From an uncultured Trueperaceae bacterium (lineage in GTDB: Bacteria; Deinococcota; Deinococci; Deinococcales; Trueperaceae): a stretch of 57,959 nucleotides of DNA. Both the position numbers and the translations under genes were made by a program. The DNA is taken from positions 1 to 57,959 of the forward strand of contig CAVSGP010000001.1 in NCBI GenBank assembly GCA_963727505.1, read 5' to 3'. Of this stretch, positions 36,691 through 46,391 are shown piece by piece (position 1 is the stretch's first letter; each line of letters opens with the position of its first letter). The notes beneath the pieces were generated by a model. That model did no database searches and had not been told where the DNA came from. It was given only the letters and a program-made list of their open reading frames with translations.

Positions 36691-37848
36691 CTACCCCTGC
36701 GGCAGGGTGAACTGGAACGTCGCACCCTCCCCCGGTGGGCTCGTCACCCCGATCTCGCCGCCCTGGAGCTCCACCAGTTGCCGGGCGATGGTCAGCCCGA
36801 TGCCGCTTCCGCCGGCGTGCGGGCTGCGCGCCTTGTCGCCGCGGTAGAAGCGCTTGAACACGTTCGGAAGGTCCTCGGGCGGCACGCCGGGACCGGTGTC
36901 GCGCACGGCGAAGCGCACGAAGCCGTGCGCCGGCGCCGCCACCTCGATCGTCACGCGCCCTCCGTCGGGGGTGTAGCGTAGCGCGTTCCCGACGAGGTTC
37001 GCGAGCACCTGAAGGCTGCGCTCACGATCGGCTCGGACGACGGTCGCTTGCGCACTCGCAACCACTTCGAGCCTCACCCCGGCGCGCTCCGCGTCGGGCA
37101 GGAACGACGCGGCCGTCGCCTGCGCCAGGGCGAGCGCTTCGATCAGCTCGACGGCGAGCTCGAGCTGCCCCGTCTCCACCCGGGACAGCAGGCTGAGGTC
37201 GTCCACCAGGTGGCCGAGCCGGTCGAGCTGGCGCCGCGAGGCTTCGAGGACGGTCGACTCGTCCTCGAAGACGCCGTCCTGCAGGCCCTCGACGTAGCCG
37301 CGCAGGTTCGACAGCGGCGTCCGGAACTCGTGGGCGACGTCGGCCAGCAGCTCCACGCGCCGCTCCTCGCTGCGCTGCAGGGTGTCGGCCATCTGGTTGA
37401 AGGCGGTCGCCAGCTCGCCTACCTCCCCCGGCGCCCGCGGGTCGAGCCGGTCGCCATAGCGCCCGCCGGCGATGCGCTCGCTGGCGCGCGTCATGTCCCT
37501 GAGCGGCGTGACGATGCGGGCGGTGACGAACAGCGCCACGCCGGCCGCGACCAGCGCCGCCGCCAACGCCGCCCACGCGATCGACTCGCTCAGCGCCCGC
37601 CGGTAGGCCTGGTCCAGGTCGGCTCCCAGGGCCGCCACGCCCGCGCTCCCGCCCGTGCTTCCAGCCATGCCCATCCCGCTGCCCATGCCGCGCATCATCG
37701 CGTCCATGTGGTGCCGCAGGAAGTAGGGGGCCAGCGCCTCTCCCACCAGGAAGGCCGCGGCCGCCGCCACAGCGATCACCAGCAGGTAGGACGGCAACAG
37801 CCGCCAGAAGAGGCTGGTGCGCGCACCGGCGGAGGCCCGACCCCTCAC
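36691..37848 (-). CDS. Sensor histidine kinase (HAMP, BaeS-like)
   Basis: AHEFRTPL H-box, NLVGNALRY, DTGPG, GSGIGL; short Met/His-rich sensor loop. Confidence 0.95.
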   Translation of the reverse strand: MRGRASAGARTSLFWRLLPSYLLVIAVAAAAAFLVGEALAPYFLRHHMDAMMRGMGSGMGMAGSTGGSAGVAALGADLDQAYRRALSESIAWAALAAALVAAGVALFVTARIVTPLRDMTRASERIAGGRYGDRLDPRAPGEVGELATAFNQMADTLQRSEERRVELLADVAHEFRTPLSNLRGYVEGLQDGVFEDESTVLEASRRQLDRLGHLVDDLSLLSRVETGQLELAVELIEALALAQATAASFLPDAERAGVRLEVVASAQATVVRADRERSLQVLANLVGNALRYTPDGGRVTIEVAAPAHGFVRFAVRDTGPGVPPEDLPNVFKRFYRGDKARSPHAGGSGIGLTIARQLVELQGGEIGVTSPPGEGATFQFTLPQG

Positions 37849-37861
37849 GACGTCCGACCCC

Positions 37862-38590
37862 TCACGACGTCTCCAGCCGGTAGCCCACGCCCCGCACCGT
37901 GCCCACCACGCCGCGCGCTCCTGCCGCCTCGAGCTTCTGCCGCAGGTTCGACACGTGCACGTCCACCACGCGGTCGACGCCGGTGAAGTCGGGTCCCCAC
38001 ACCCGCTCGATCAGCTCGTTGCGGGTGAACACGCGGCCGGGTGCGGCGGCCAGGGCGGCGAGCAGGTCGAACTCCAGGGCGCTGAGATCCAGCGCGTGGC
38101 CGTGCGCTTCGACGCGGCGCCGGGCGCCGTCGACGCGCAGACCTGCGACCTCGATCGCCGCGTCATGCCCCACCCCGTCATGCATCACGCCGTCGTGCTC
38201 CACGCCGCCGTGCCCCACGCCGCCGGCCGGCGCGCGCCGCAGCACGGCCCGCACCCTGGCCGAAAGCTCCCGCGGGCTGAAGGGCTTGGCCACGTAGTCG
38301 TCGGCGCCGGCCTCGAGGCCGGCGATGCGGTCCCCCTCTTCGGTGCGGGCGGTGAGCATGATGACCGGCAGCGCCTCGCCGCAGCGCAGCGTGCGCAGGA
38401 AGGAGAGACCGTCGAGGCCAGGCAGCATCCAGTCGAGGACCACCAGGTCGGGAGGGTGTTCGAGGGCGAGCTCGAGCCCGGTCACCCCGTCACGGGCCAC
38501 CTCGACCTCGAAGCCGTCATGCTCGAGGTAGGCACGCACCACGCGGGCGGTGTCCACGTCGTCCTCGACCACCAGGATGCGCTGCGCCAT
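37862..38590 (-). CDS. OmpR family response regulator
   Basis: VVEDD, LDWMLPG, KPFS, VDVHVSNLRQKL, TVRGVGY. Confidence 0.96.
   Translation of the reverse strand: MAQRILVVEDDVDTARVVRAYLEHDGFEVEVARDGVTGLELALEHPPDLVVLDWMLPGLDGLSFLRTLRCGEALPVIMLTARTEEGDRIAGLEAGADDYVAKPFSPRELSARVRAVLRRAPAGGVGHGGVEHDGVMHDGVGHDAAIEVAGLRVDGARRRVEAHGHALDLSALEFDLLAALAAAPGRVFTRNELIERVWGPDFTGVDRVVDVHVSNLRQKLEAAGARGVVGTVRGVGYRLETS
38161..38220 (-). repeat. Imperfect 15-bp repeat x4 encoding a His-rich linker (HGGVE HDGVM HDGVG HD)
   Basis: CGTCATGCCCCACCC-like units between the receiver and DNA-binding domains. Confidence 0.85.
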
Positions 38591-38601
38591 GCTGCTTCAC
38601 G

Positions 38602-39261
38602 CTACACCGTGGGTCGGCCCGCCCGCTGCCGGGTCGTCAGCAGGTGCACTCCCAGCACCCAGGCCGACCCCAACGCCCACCCCGCGACGATGTCCGAGGG
38701 GTAGTGGACCTGGAGGTAGGGCCGCGAGATGCCGATGGCGAGTGCCAGCACCAGGCCCAGCACGCCGATCCAGCGCCAGCGCCTCGGAAGGGTGCGCCAG
38801 AGCAGCAGGTGCAGCGCCAGGAAGAAGGCGATGCCACCCATCGCGTGCCCGCTGGGGAACGAGAAGTTCGACTCCTGCACCAGGTGGGCGTAGACGGTGG
38901 GCCGGGGCCGCGCGAAGAACGCCTTGCTCACGAGGTCGAACGCGGCGGCGCCGCCCACCTCGAGCGCGAACACAGCGCCCAGGCGCCAGCGCCGCAGCAC
39001 GAACAACGCCACGATCAGCAGCGCGGTGATGCTGCCCAGGCTCCTGGGTTCGCCGATGACGCTGAGGGTGCGCGCCAGCGCCGTCCGGCCCGCGCTGGTC
39101 TGGAGGTGGAACCACGTCAGGATGGGCACGTCGAAGGCGAATCCCTGGTGGTCGTAGACGTCGTGCGCCATCACGATGAAGACGACCAGCAGCGCCAGCA
39201 GCAGCAGCCACAGCACGAGGGTCGCCCAACCACGCCGGTCGTCGGAGACGGAGCCACGCAT
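38602..39261 (-). CDS. PAP2 family phosphatase
   Basis: K...RPRP, SFPSGH, SRPYLQVHYPSD. Confidence 0.93.
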   Translation of the reverse strand: MRGSVSDDRRGWATLVLWLLLLALLVVFIVMAHDVYDHQGFAFDVPILTWFHLQTSAGRTALARTLSVIGEPRSLGSITALLIVALFVLRRWRLGAVFALEVGGAAAFDLVSKAFFARPRPTVYAHLVQESNFSFPSGHAMGGIAFFLALHLLLWRTLPRRWRWIGVLGLVLALAIGISRPYLQVHYPSDIVAGWALGSAWVLGVHLLTTRQRAGRPTV

Positions 39262-39303
39262 GCGGGCGAGCCTACAGCGTGAGCCGGTGAGAGGGTTCTG
39301 GCT

Positions 39304-40281
39304 TCACAGCGTCAGGGCGCGGGTGCCGGCCGGCTCGAGCCCGAGCCGCACCTCCTGCAGGTCGGCCAGGGCCTCGCGCACCGCCTGCTGCTGCCCGTCC
39401 GGGCAGGCCACGATCACGAAGGCGCTGATCTTGCCCCCCGGGAGCTGGGCGTAGGCGCCCACCTCCCGTACGCGGCGCGTCACATCCAGCACGTAGTCGT
39501 CCACGAACTTGCCGGGAAGGCGCTGCTTGAGCGTCTGCTGCTCGCCGATGATCTCGGCGATGCGCCGCAGGTCGCCGGCGCCGAACGCCGTCTCCAGCTC
39601 GTAGGCGATCGCCTTGAGCTGGTGGAGCACCTCGTAGGCCTCGGGGAGCCGACTGCTGAGCAGGTCGAGCGAGGGCTTGGTGCGCGCGTGCCGGCCGCTG
39701 TAGAAGAACAGCAGCGAGTCGATGAACCCCCGGCGGGTGGCGTCCGACAGCGCCACCTCGCGCGCGGCGGTCTGGGCGCCGCGGTACTCGATGAGCTTCA
39801 GGCCGCCCAGCGCCGTGATGGTCGGGTCGTGGTAGCCCGACGCTCCCTCCAGCACCTCGACCTCGATGTACCCCGCTTCGCGCGCCAGCTCGGTAGCAGG
39901 CACCTCCTCGCCCTTGAAGCGGTGCATGGCGTGGAGCAGGCTGACCGTCAGCGCACCCGACGCGCCCAGGCCGCTCTCGCTGGCCAGGTCGGCCAGGATG
40001 TGCAACGTCATGGGAGTGTCGAGGAGCCCGGTGAGGCGCAGGCTCTCGCGCACCAGGTCGTGGCGGATGTGGCGGCCGTCCGGCGCCTTCTCCTGGGTGT
40101 CCTGGTAGCGCAGCTCGAAGACCCCTCCGGGGTTGGGCTTGAGCACGACGTAGACGAAGCGGTCGACGGCGGCGCTGACGGTGACGCCGCCGAACGCCTC
40201 GGCGTAGGGGCGGATGTCGGTGAGGCCGCCCGCGAGCGGGATGCGAAGCGGTGTCTTGCTCACGATCATCGAGGTGCTCAC
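39304..40281 (-). CDS. GHMP family sugar kinase (HddA-like)
   Basis: KTPLRIPLAGGLTD, SGLGASG, GYHD. Confidence 0.85.
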   Translation of the reverse strand: MSTSMIVSKTPLRIPLAGGLTDIRPYAEAFGGVTVSAAVDRFVYVVLKPNPGGVFELRYQDTQEKAPDGRHIRHDLVRESLRLTGLLDTPMTLHILADLASESGLGASGALTVSLLHAMHRFKGEEVPATELAREAGYIEVEVLEGASGYHDPTITALGGLKLIEYRGAQTAAREVALSDATRRGFIDSLLFFYSGRHARTKPSLDLLSSRLPEAYEVLHQLKAIAYELETAFGAGDLRRIAEIIGEQQTLKQRLPGKFVDDYVLDVTRRVREVGAYAQLPGGKISAFVIVACPDGQQQAVREALADLQEVRLGLEPAGTRALTL

Positions 40282-41015
40282 GGCGTGTGGCTCCCTTCGA
40301 GCTCGAGCACACGGCGCTGCACGGCGAGCACGTTCGCCTCGGGGGTGGGCTCGGTGCCGCCGAGGTGCAGCCACTCGTCGGCCTCCAGCCAGCCGACCTC
40401 GAGGCCGGCCTCGATCTGACGCTGCAGGTTGGGAAGCGCCCGGATCTCGGCGCCGGTGGGCTCGGTCATCGCGGCCATGACGTCGGGCTCGAGCTTCCAC
40501 AGCCCGATGTCGGCGAGCGGCCCACGGCCGTACCAGGCTTGCGTGACGCGCGCGCCCTCGGTGGTGACGCGAACGCTGGCGTTGTCGTCCACCCCGCCCG
40601 GCGCCAGGGTCAGGAGGTTCGGGGCCTCGTGCCGGAGCGCGCCGGTGAACAGCGCGGTGGGGACGTAGAGGTCGCCCAGCCACACCAGCACCGGCGTGTC
40701 CGGCGTGTCCGGCGTGAGGGCCTCCGCGATGCGAGCCAGAGCGTGCCCGGTGCCGCGCGCCTCGCCCTGCTCCAGGTAGCGCACCGGCAGGCCGTCGTAG
40801 GCGTCGCCGAAGTAGGCGCGCACCTGCCCGCCGTGGTGCCCGATCAGGAAGGTGAGGCGGTCGCGCGCAGGGTCGAGCGCGGGCGAGCTGCGCAAGTTGC
40901 GCACCGAGAGTTCCAGGAACGGTGTGAGGCCGAAGGGCAGCATGCACTTCTGCAGATAGCGGCCGAGCCGGCCGAAGCGTGTTCCCTTCCCGGCAGCCAG
41001 GCAGACGATATCCAT
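40278..41015 (-). CDS. Sugar-phosphate nucleotidyltransferase
   Basis: LAAGKGTRF...KCMLP, EARGTGHAL, WLGD. Confidence 0.85.
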   Translation of the reverse strand: MDIVCLAAGKGTRFGRLGRYLQKCMLPFGLTPFLELSVRNLRSSPALDPARDRLTFLIGHHGGQVRAYFGDAYDGLPVRYLEQGEARGTGHALARIAEALTPDTPDTPVLVWLGDLYVPTALFTGALRHEAPNLLTLAPGGVDDNASVRVTTEGARVTQAWYGRGPLADIGLWKLEPDVMAAMTEPTGAEIRALPNLQRQIEAGLEVGWLEADEWLHLGGTEPTPEANVLAVQRRVLELEGSHTP

Positions 41016-41221
41016 GCGGAGGCTCACGCTACCACGACCCCGTCGTGCGCGGGCGGTCGAGCGGCGCGCGGCTTACTTCGCGCATGGACGCGGCGCCGCG
41101 TCTCAGACGAGCTCGGCCCGCCCCGCTGCGGGGGCCCGCGCCGGTCTCGTGCGCGGGCGCCCGGAACGCGACGCCGATCCGCGCCACGGTCCCCTCATGC
41201 CGGACGTGGTATGCCCGGTCC

Positions 41222-41902
41222 ATGAACACGCTCGTAGTCGGAGCAGCCGGGAGGACGGGCGCGCACATCCTGCGCATGATGCTCGCTGCCCACCTGGGGC
41301 CGGTGCGCGGCCTGGTGCGCAAGCCGGAGCAGCGCGACGCGGTGGCCGCCTTCGGCGCGGAGCCCGTGTTGATCGATCTGGCCGAGGAGCCGAGCGAGGA
41401 GCGCTCAGCCTCCCTGGCCGACGCTCTGGCCGAAGCCCTGGCCGGCGTCGATGCCGTCGTGCACGCCGTCGGAGCGGGCTCCCCGCAGCAGGCGGAGGCC
41501 GTCGATCACCGCGGTACGGTGCGGCTCATCGAGGCCGCCGAGCGCGCCGGCGTGCGCCGCTTCCTGCTGGTCAGCTCGATGGGCACGGACCGGCCCGAGA
41601 GCATGCCGGAACCCTTGCGACCCTTCCTGGAGGCCAAGCGCGAGTCCGAGCGCGTGCTGCGCGCCAGCGGACTGTCGTGGACGATCGTGCGGCCGGGCGG
41701 GCTGACCGACGAACCGCCCACCGGCCGCGTACGCCTCGCGCCCTCGTTCGAAGCCGGGGGCACCGTGCCACGCGCGGACGTGGCGCGCGTCACGGTGGCC
41801 GCGCTGCGGCTCGGCGCGGCGCAGCGGCAGGCCTTCGACCTGTTGAGCGGCGACACGCCGGTCGACGAGGCGTTGCAGGGACTCCCGTCCTCGCCGGCGT
41901 GA
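41222..41902 (+). CDS. NAD(P)H-binding atypical SDR
   Basis: GAAGRTG, VSSMG, WTIVRPGGLTD, RADVA. Confidence 0.9.
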   Translation: MNTLVVGAAGRTGAHILRMMLAAHLGPVRGLVRKPEQRDAVAAFGAEPVLIDLAEEPSEERSASLADALAEALAGVDAVVHAVGAGSPQQAEAVDHRGTVRLIEAAERAGVRRFLLVSSMGTDRPESMPEPLRPFLEAKRESERVLRASGLSWTIVRPGGLTDEPPTGRVRLAPSFEAGGTVPRADVARVTVAALRLGAAQRQAFDLLSGDTPVDEALQGLPSSPA

Positions 41903-42019
41903 TGGGCGGGCGCTAGACTGGGAGGACCCTGACGCAGGCGGGCTCGACGCAGCAGCCATGCTGCAATCACGCTGCAACCAAACGGGAACGACCCGCACGA
42001 GAACGACCAGGAGGCGCCC

Positions 42020-42880
42020 ATGATCGTCAAGGCTCCCTTCGGAAGCACGGGACATGACAGCACGCGCACGCTGTTCGGCGCCGCGGCCCTGAGTGACGTC
42101 ACCCAGGCCGAGGCCGATCGGACCCTCGAGCTGATCCTCGACCACGGCATCAACCACATCGACGTCGCCGCCAGCTACGGCGACGCCGAGCTGCGCCTCG
42201 GGCCCTGGATGGAGACGCGCAGGAACGAGTTCTTCCTGGCGAGCAAGACCGGCGAGCGCAGCTACGCGGCGGCGCGCGACGAGATCCGGCGCTCGCTGGA
42301 GCGGCTGCGCACCGACCGCCTCGACCTCATCCAGCTCCACAACCTCGCCGAGCAGGACGAGTGGGAGCTCGCCATGGGCGACGACGGGGCCTTGCGCGCC
42401 TGCGTCGAGGCGCGTGACGAGGGCCTGGTGCGCTTCATCGGGGTCACCGGCCACGGCCTCGGCATCGCCGCGATGCACCTGCGAAGCCTCGAACGATTCC
42501 CGTTCGACACCGTGCTGTTCCCCTACAGCTTCGTGTTGCTGCAGGACGAGGGTTACCGCGCCGACGTCGATGCGCTGCTGGCCGTCTGCCGCGAGCGCGG
42601 CGTGGCCGTGCAGACCATCAAGTCGCTCACGCGCCGGCCCTGGGGCGAGCGGCGCCAGACGCGCGCCACCTGGTACGAGCCCCTCGAGGAGCCCGCAGAC
42701 ATCGAGGTGGCGGTGCACTGGGTCCTGGGGCACGAAGGCCTCTTCCTGAATACCGTGGGCGACATCCACGTGCTGCCGCGGGTGCTGGAGGCGGCCGCGC
42801 GGTTCGCCGGCCCCGTCTCCGACGAGGCCATGCGCGAGGTCATCGAACGCCGCGGGATGGAGCCGCTCTTCACGCGCTGA
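42020..42880 (+). CDS. Aldo/keto reductase
   Basis: [36 protein letters not shown]. Confidence 0.92.
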   Translation: MIVKAPFGSTGHDSTRTLFGAAALSDVTQAEADRTLELILDHGINHIDVAASYGDAELRLGPWMETRRNEFFLASKTGERSYAAARDEIRRSLERLRTDRLDLIQLHNLAEQDEWELAMGDDGALRACVEARDEGLVRFIGVTGHGLGIAAMHLRSLERFPFDTVLFPYSFVLLQDEGYRADVDALLAVCRERGVAVQTIKSLTRRPWGERRQTRATWYEPLEEPADIEVAVHWVLGHEGLFLNTVGDIHVLPRVLEAAARFAGPVSDEAMREVIERRGMEPLFTR

Positions 42881-43140
42881 CGTGCCGCGGCGACCCACGA
42901 CATCGGGACGTGGCAAGGGGGACGGGTGGCGACAACGGGGCGTCGAGCACGGCGTCGGTCGTACGGCGGAATCGTGTGCGCGGCTATGGAGACCGACGCG
43001 CCGATGCCGCATGGTGACCCTGTGGGCAGCGGCAGCAGGTGGGCTCGGCCGAGCCAACGGGATCGTGACGGGGCCATGCGCATGCCGTGTGGTGCGCTGG
43101 CGGCACTCTTGTCGCGACATTCCGATGGACGCGGGGCGCC

Positions 43141-44334
43141 GTGAACGGCCGCCTCGCGGCCTCGCTGGCGCTCAAGGAGATCCTCCGCAACAAGGGCCGT
43201 TTCGCGTCCATCGGCGCCGTCATCGCGCTGATCACCACGCTGGTGCTGTTCCTCTCCGGGCTGGGTGAGGGCCTGGCGACCGGCAACCGCCAGTACGTGA
43301 GCGGCCTCGATGCCGACCTGCTCGTCTACCAGAGCACCGCCGATCTCCAGATCGCGGCCAGCCAGTTCGACCGTTCCGCCGTCGCGTCCGTACGTCGTGT
43401 GGCCGAGGTCGCCGACGTCGGCGCCATCGCCTTCGCGTCGACGGTGGTGGACCCGCGCTCGAGCACGGCGGCTGCGGGCGCGGCCCCTGCGACGCCGGGC
43501 CTCCGGGTCTCGCTGATCGGGGTGGAGCCGGGGCGTCCGGGCGATCCGGCGGTGCTGCAAGGGCCGGGATTCACGTCGGCCAGCGGTAACGAGGTGGTGC
43601 TGGGCCGGCAGGCGGCGCTGCGCAGCGGGATGAAGGTGGGCGACATCCTCACGGTCCGCTCCACCCAGGGCGCCGTGGACGAGAGCTACGACCTGCGCGT
43701 GGTGGGCATCGCGGCCGGGCAGCAGTATCAGATCGCGCCCGCCATCCTCGTACCGTTGGTCACCTTCGAGCGCGTCAAGCCCAAGGCCAACCTCCAGGAC
43801 GACCCCCGTACGCTGCTGTTCAACGTTCTGGCCGTGAAGGGCGCCGCCGGCGTGGCCCCCGCCGCGCTCGCCCGGCGCATCGAGGGTCAAGTGCGGGGGG
43901 TGCGCGCGGTCGACCTCGCCACCGCTTATCAGAGCATCCCCGGCTACTCGGCGCAGCAGAGCACGCTCAACACGCAGAGCGGCTTCACCCTGATCATCGG
44001 ACTCCTGGTAGTGGGCGGCTTCTTCCAGATCCAGACGCTGCAGAAGCTCGGGCAGATCGGCATGCTCAAGGCCATCGGCGCCTCCAACGCGCTGGTGGCG
44101 ACCGAGGCGGTGCTGCAGATCGTTCTCGTCAACCTGGCAGGCGTGATCGCCGGAACGCTGGGCACGGCCGTCCTCGCCGCCACCTTCCCGGCCACCGTGC
44201 CGATCGTGTTCCAGCCCGGTAACGTCGCCATCGCCCTGGCCGGGCTGCTCGTCATCGGCCCGCTCGGCGGACTGGTGGCGCTGCGCGCAGCGCTGCGCGT
44301 CGAGCCTCTGCGCGCCCTGGGACTGGGCCGATGA
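43141..44334 (+). CDS. ABC transporter permease (FtsX/MacB-type, HrtB-like)
   Basis: N-terminal TM, large extracytoplasmic loop, IGMLKAIGAS, C-terminal TMs. Confidence 0.9.
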   Translation: MNGRLAASLALKEILRNKGRFASIGAVIALITTLVLFLSGLGEGLATGNRQYVSGLDADLLVYQSTADLQIAASQFDRSAVASVRRVAEVADVGAIAFASTVVDPRSSTAAAGAAPATPGLRVSLIGVEPGRPGDPAVLQGPGFTSASGNEVVLGRQAALRSGMKVGDILTVRSTQGAVDESYDLRVVGIAAGQQYQIAPAILVPLVTFERVKPKANLQDDPRTLLFNVLAVKGAAGVAPAALARRIEGQVRGVRAVDLATAYQSIPGYSAQQSTLNTQSGFTLIIGLLVVGGFFQIQTLQKLGQIGMLKAIGASNALVATEAVLQIVLVNLAGVIAGTLGTAVLAATFPATVPIVFQPGNVAIALAGLLVIGPLGGLVALRAALRVEPLRALGLGR

Positions 44335-45131
44335 AGGGGCGGCGAATCGAGGGGCGGGACAGGCACGCCACCGGCGAGGACGCTCGCGACGTGGCGCCGT
44401 CCATGGAGGGCCCGGCGCTGGTGGCCGAGGGCCTGCGCAAGAGCTACCACCTGGGCCGGCAGACCATCAACGCCGTGGACGGGGTCTCGCTCACGCTCCG
44501 GCAGGGAGAGTTCTTGGCCCTGGTGGGACCGTCGGGCTCGGGCAAGACCAGCATCCTGGCGATGCTGGCGGGCCTGCTCCGTCCCACGGAGGGCCGGGTG
44601 AGCATCGCAGGGGAGGACCTGGGGGGCCTCGCCGACCGCCGTCTCGCCGGGTTCCGTCGACGCAACATCGGGTTCACGTTCCAGCAGAACAACCTGGTGC
44701 CCTACCTCACGGTGCTCGAGAACGTCACCCTGATGCTGTCGCTGAATGGACGCTACGACGCCGACGGCGTGCGCCGGGCCAAGGAGTTGCTGGAGCGGCT
44801 GGGTCTGGGCGACCGCCTCCGGAGCCTGCCCTCGCAGCTCTCCGGGGGGCAGCAGCAGCGTGTCGCTATCGCCCGCGCGCTCATCCATCAGCCCGCGGTG
44901 GTGCTCGCCGACGAGCCCACCGCCAGCCTCGACACGGAACGCGCGCACCAGGTGGTGGACACCTTCGCCACGCTCATCCACCACGACCGGCGCGCGGGGA
45001 TCATGGTGACCCACGACCTGCGCATGTGCCGGGTCGTCGATCGCGTCATCGTGTTGCGTGACGGCGTCGTGGATCGCACCATCGAAGATCCCGTTGCCAT
45101 CGCACGGTTCGCCGACGGGGCGTTGGCATGA
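44331..45131 (+). CDS. ABC transporter ATP-binding protein (LolD/MacB-type)
   Basis: GPSGSGKT, LSGGQQQRVAIARA, ADEPT. Confidence 0.95.
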   Translation: MKGRRIEGRDRHATGEDARDVAPSMEGPALVAEGLRKSYHLGRQTINAVDGVSLTLRQGEFLALVGPSGSGKTSILAMLAGLLRPTEGRVSIAGEDLGGLADRRLAGFRRRNIGFTFQQNNLVPYLTVLENVTLMLSLNGRYDADGVRRAKELLERLGLGDRLRSLPSQLSGGQQQRVAIARALIHQPAVVLADEPTASLDTERAHQVVDTFATLIHHDRRAGIMVTHDLRMCRVVDRVIVLRDGVVDRTIEDPVAIARFADGALA

Positions 45132-45162
45132 CGTCCGGCACGAGCCGGCCGCGGAGGGGAGC

Positions 45163-46380
45163 ATGCGCATGATGCGCGTCGTCTTGTACCTGGTCCTCGG
45201 CGCCCTTCTGGGTGTCGGGGGCATGATCGCCTATCGCCAATTCGGGAGCCCGGTGGGGTCCTCGTCCGAACCGGCGTCGAGCTCGAGCCCCGCCTCCGGG
45301 GACGCCGCAGGTCCCTCGGCCGGGAACGGCGGGAGCGCCGGCGGCAGTACCCCTGGCAGTGCCCCCGTCACTACCACCGGCAGTGCCACCGACAGGGCGG
45401 CGAGCGCGGGCGCCTCCGTCGAGACGTCCCTTCCCGTGGCCACGTCCGCCGAGGCCGAGGTGCGCCCGCTGCGCTCGGCAGATCTGGCGTTCCCCGTGCC
45501 AGGCGTGCTCGCCGAACGGCTCGTGAAGGTCGGCGACGAGGTCCAGGCGGGCGCGGCCTTGCTCCGGCTCGACAGCTCGGCCGAGCAGGCTCTCCTGCGT
45601 CAGGCGGACGCCGCGCTGGCCGCGGCCGCGGCCCAGGTGGGGGTGGCGCAGGCGGCCGAGGAGGCGGCGAAGCAGCAGGTGGCGGCGGCCGACGCCGCCG
45701 TCGAGGTGGCGAAGGCGCAGCTCGACGGCGCCGACACGGCGGTCCGGCAGACCCTGGGTGAGGCCGAAGCCACCGTCGCCCGCGCCAGGGCCCAACGGGC
45801 GGCGGCTGCGGCCGGCGTGACGCAGGCCGAAGCGGCGGCCCTGCAGGCGCGCGCCGCCTACCAGCAGGCGAAGGCGGCGGTGACCGAGGCCGGAGCGCGC
45901 CGCGATCAGGCCGCTGCGGCCCGCGACAGCGCCGCCGTGGCGGTGGACCGGCGCACGCTGCGCGCGCCCTTCGCGGGTCGCGTGATGGCCGTTGGGGCCG
46001 AGGTCGGCGAGGCCGTCGGTTCCGGCGGCGCGGCGGCCGCAGCCGGGACCGCAGCCGGGAGCGCAGCCGGGACCGCGAGCGGCGCCGGGGCCGCCGTCAC
46101 GCTCGCCGACACCAGCGCCTGGCTGGTGGACACCACCAACCTCACCGAGCGGCAGGTGGTGGGCGTGCAGAAGGGTCGTCGCGTGACGGTCTCCGTGGAC
46201 GCGCTCCCGGGTCGCACCTTCGGCGGTGAGGTGGAGCGGGTGAGCGGGGTCTCCAGGATCGTGCGGGGCGACGTCACCTACGTCGCCACCGTTCGCATCC
46301 TCCCCAGCGACGGCGACGCGGCGGACCTCGCGCTGTTGCGGCCGGGCATGACGGCGGTGGTGAGGGACCTGGTTCGCTGA
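45163..46380 (+). CDS. HlyD/efflux periplasmic adaptor subunit
   Basis: TM anchor, lipoyl halves (VKVGDEV; LRAPFAGRV), Ala-rich coiled coil, LRPGMTA; start uncertain. Confidence 0.9.
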   Translation: MRMMRVVLYLVLGALLGVGGMIAYRQFGSPVGSSSEPASSSSPASGDAAGPSAGNGGSAGGSTPGSAPVTTTGSATDRAASAGASVETSLPVATSAEAEVRPLRSADLAFPVPGVLAERLVKVGDEVQAGAALLRLDSSAEQALLRQADAALAAAAAQVGVAQAAEEAAKQQVAAADAAVEVAKAQLDGADTAVRQTLGEAEATVARARAQRAAAAAGVTQAEAAALQARAAYQQAKAAVTEAGARRDQAAAARDSAAVAVDRRTLRAPFAGRVMAVGAEVGEAVGSGGAAAAAGTAAGSAAGTASGAGAAVTLADTSAWLVDTTNLTERQVVGVQKGRRVTVSVDALPGRTFGGEVERVSGVSRIVRGDVTYVATVRILPSDGDAADLALLRPGMTAVVRDLVR

Positions 46381-46391
46381 GGCCGCGGCCC

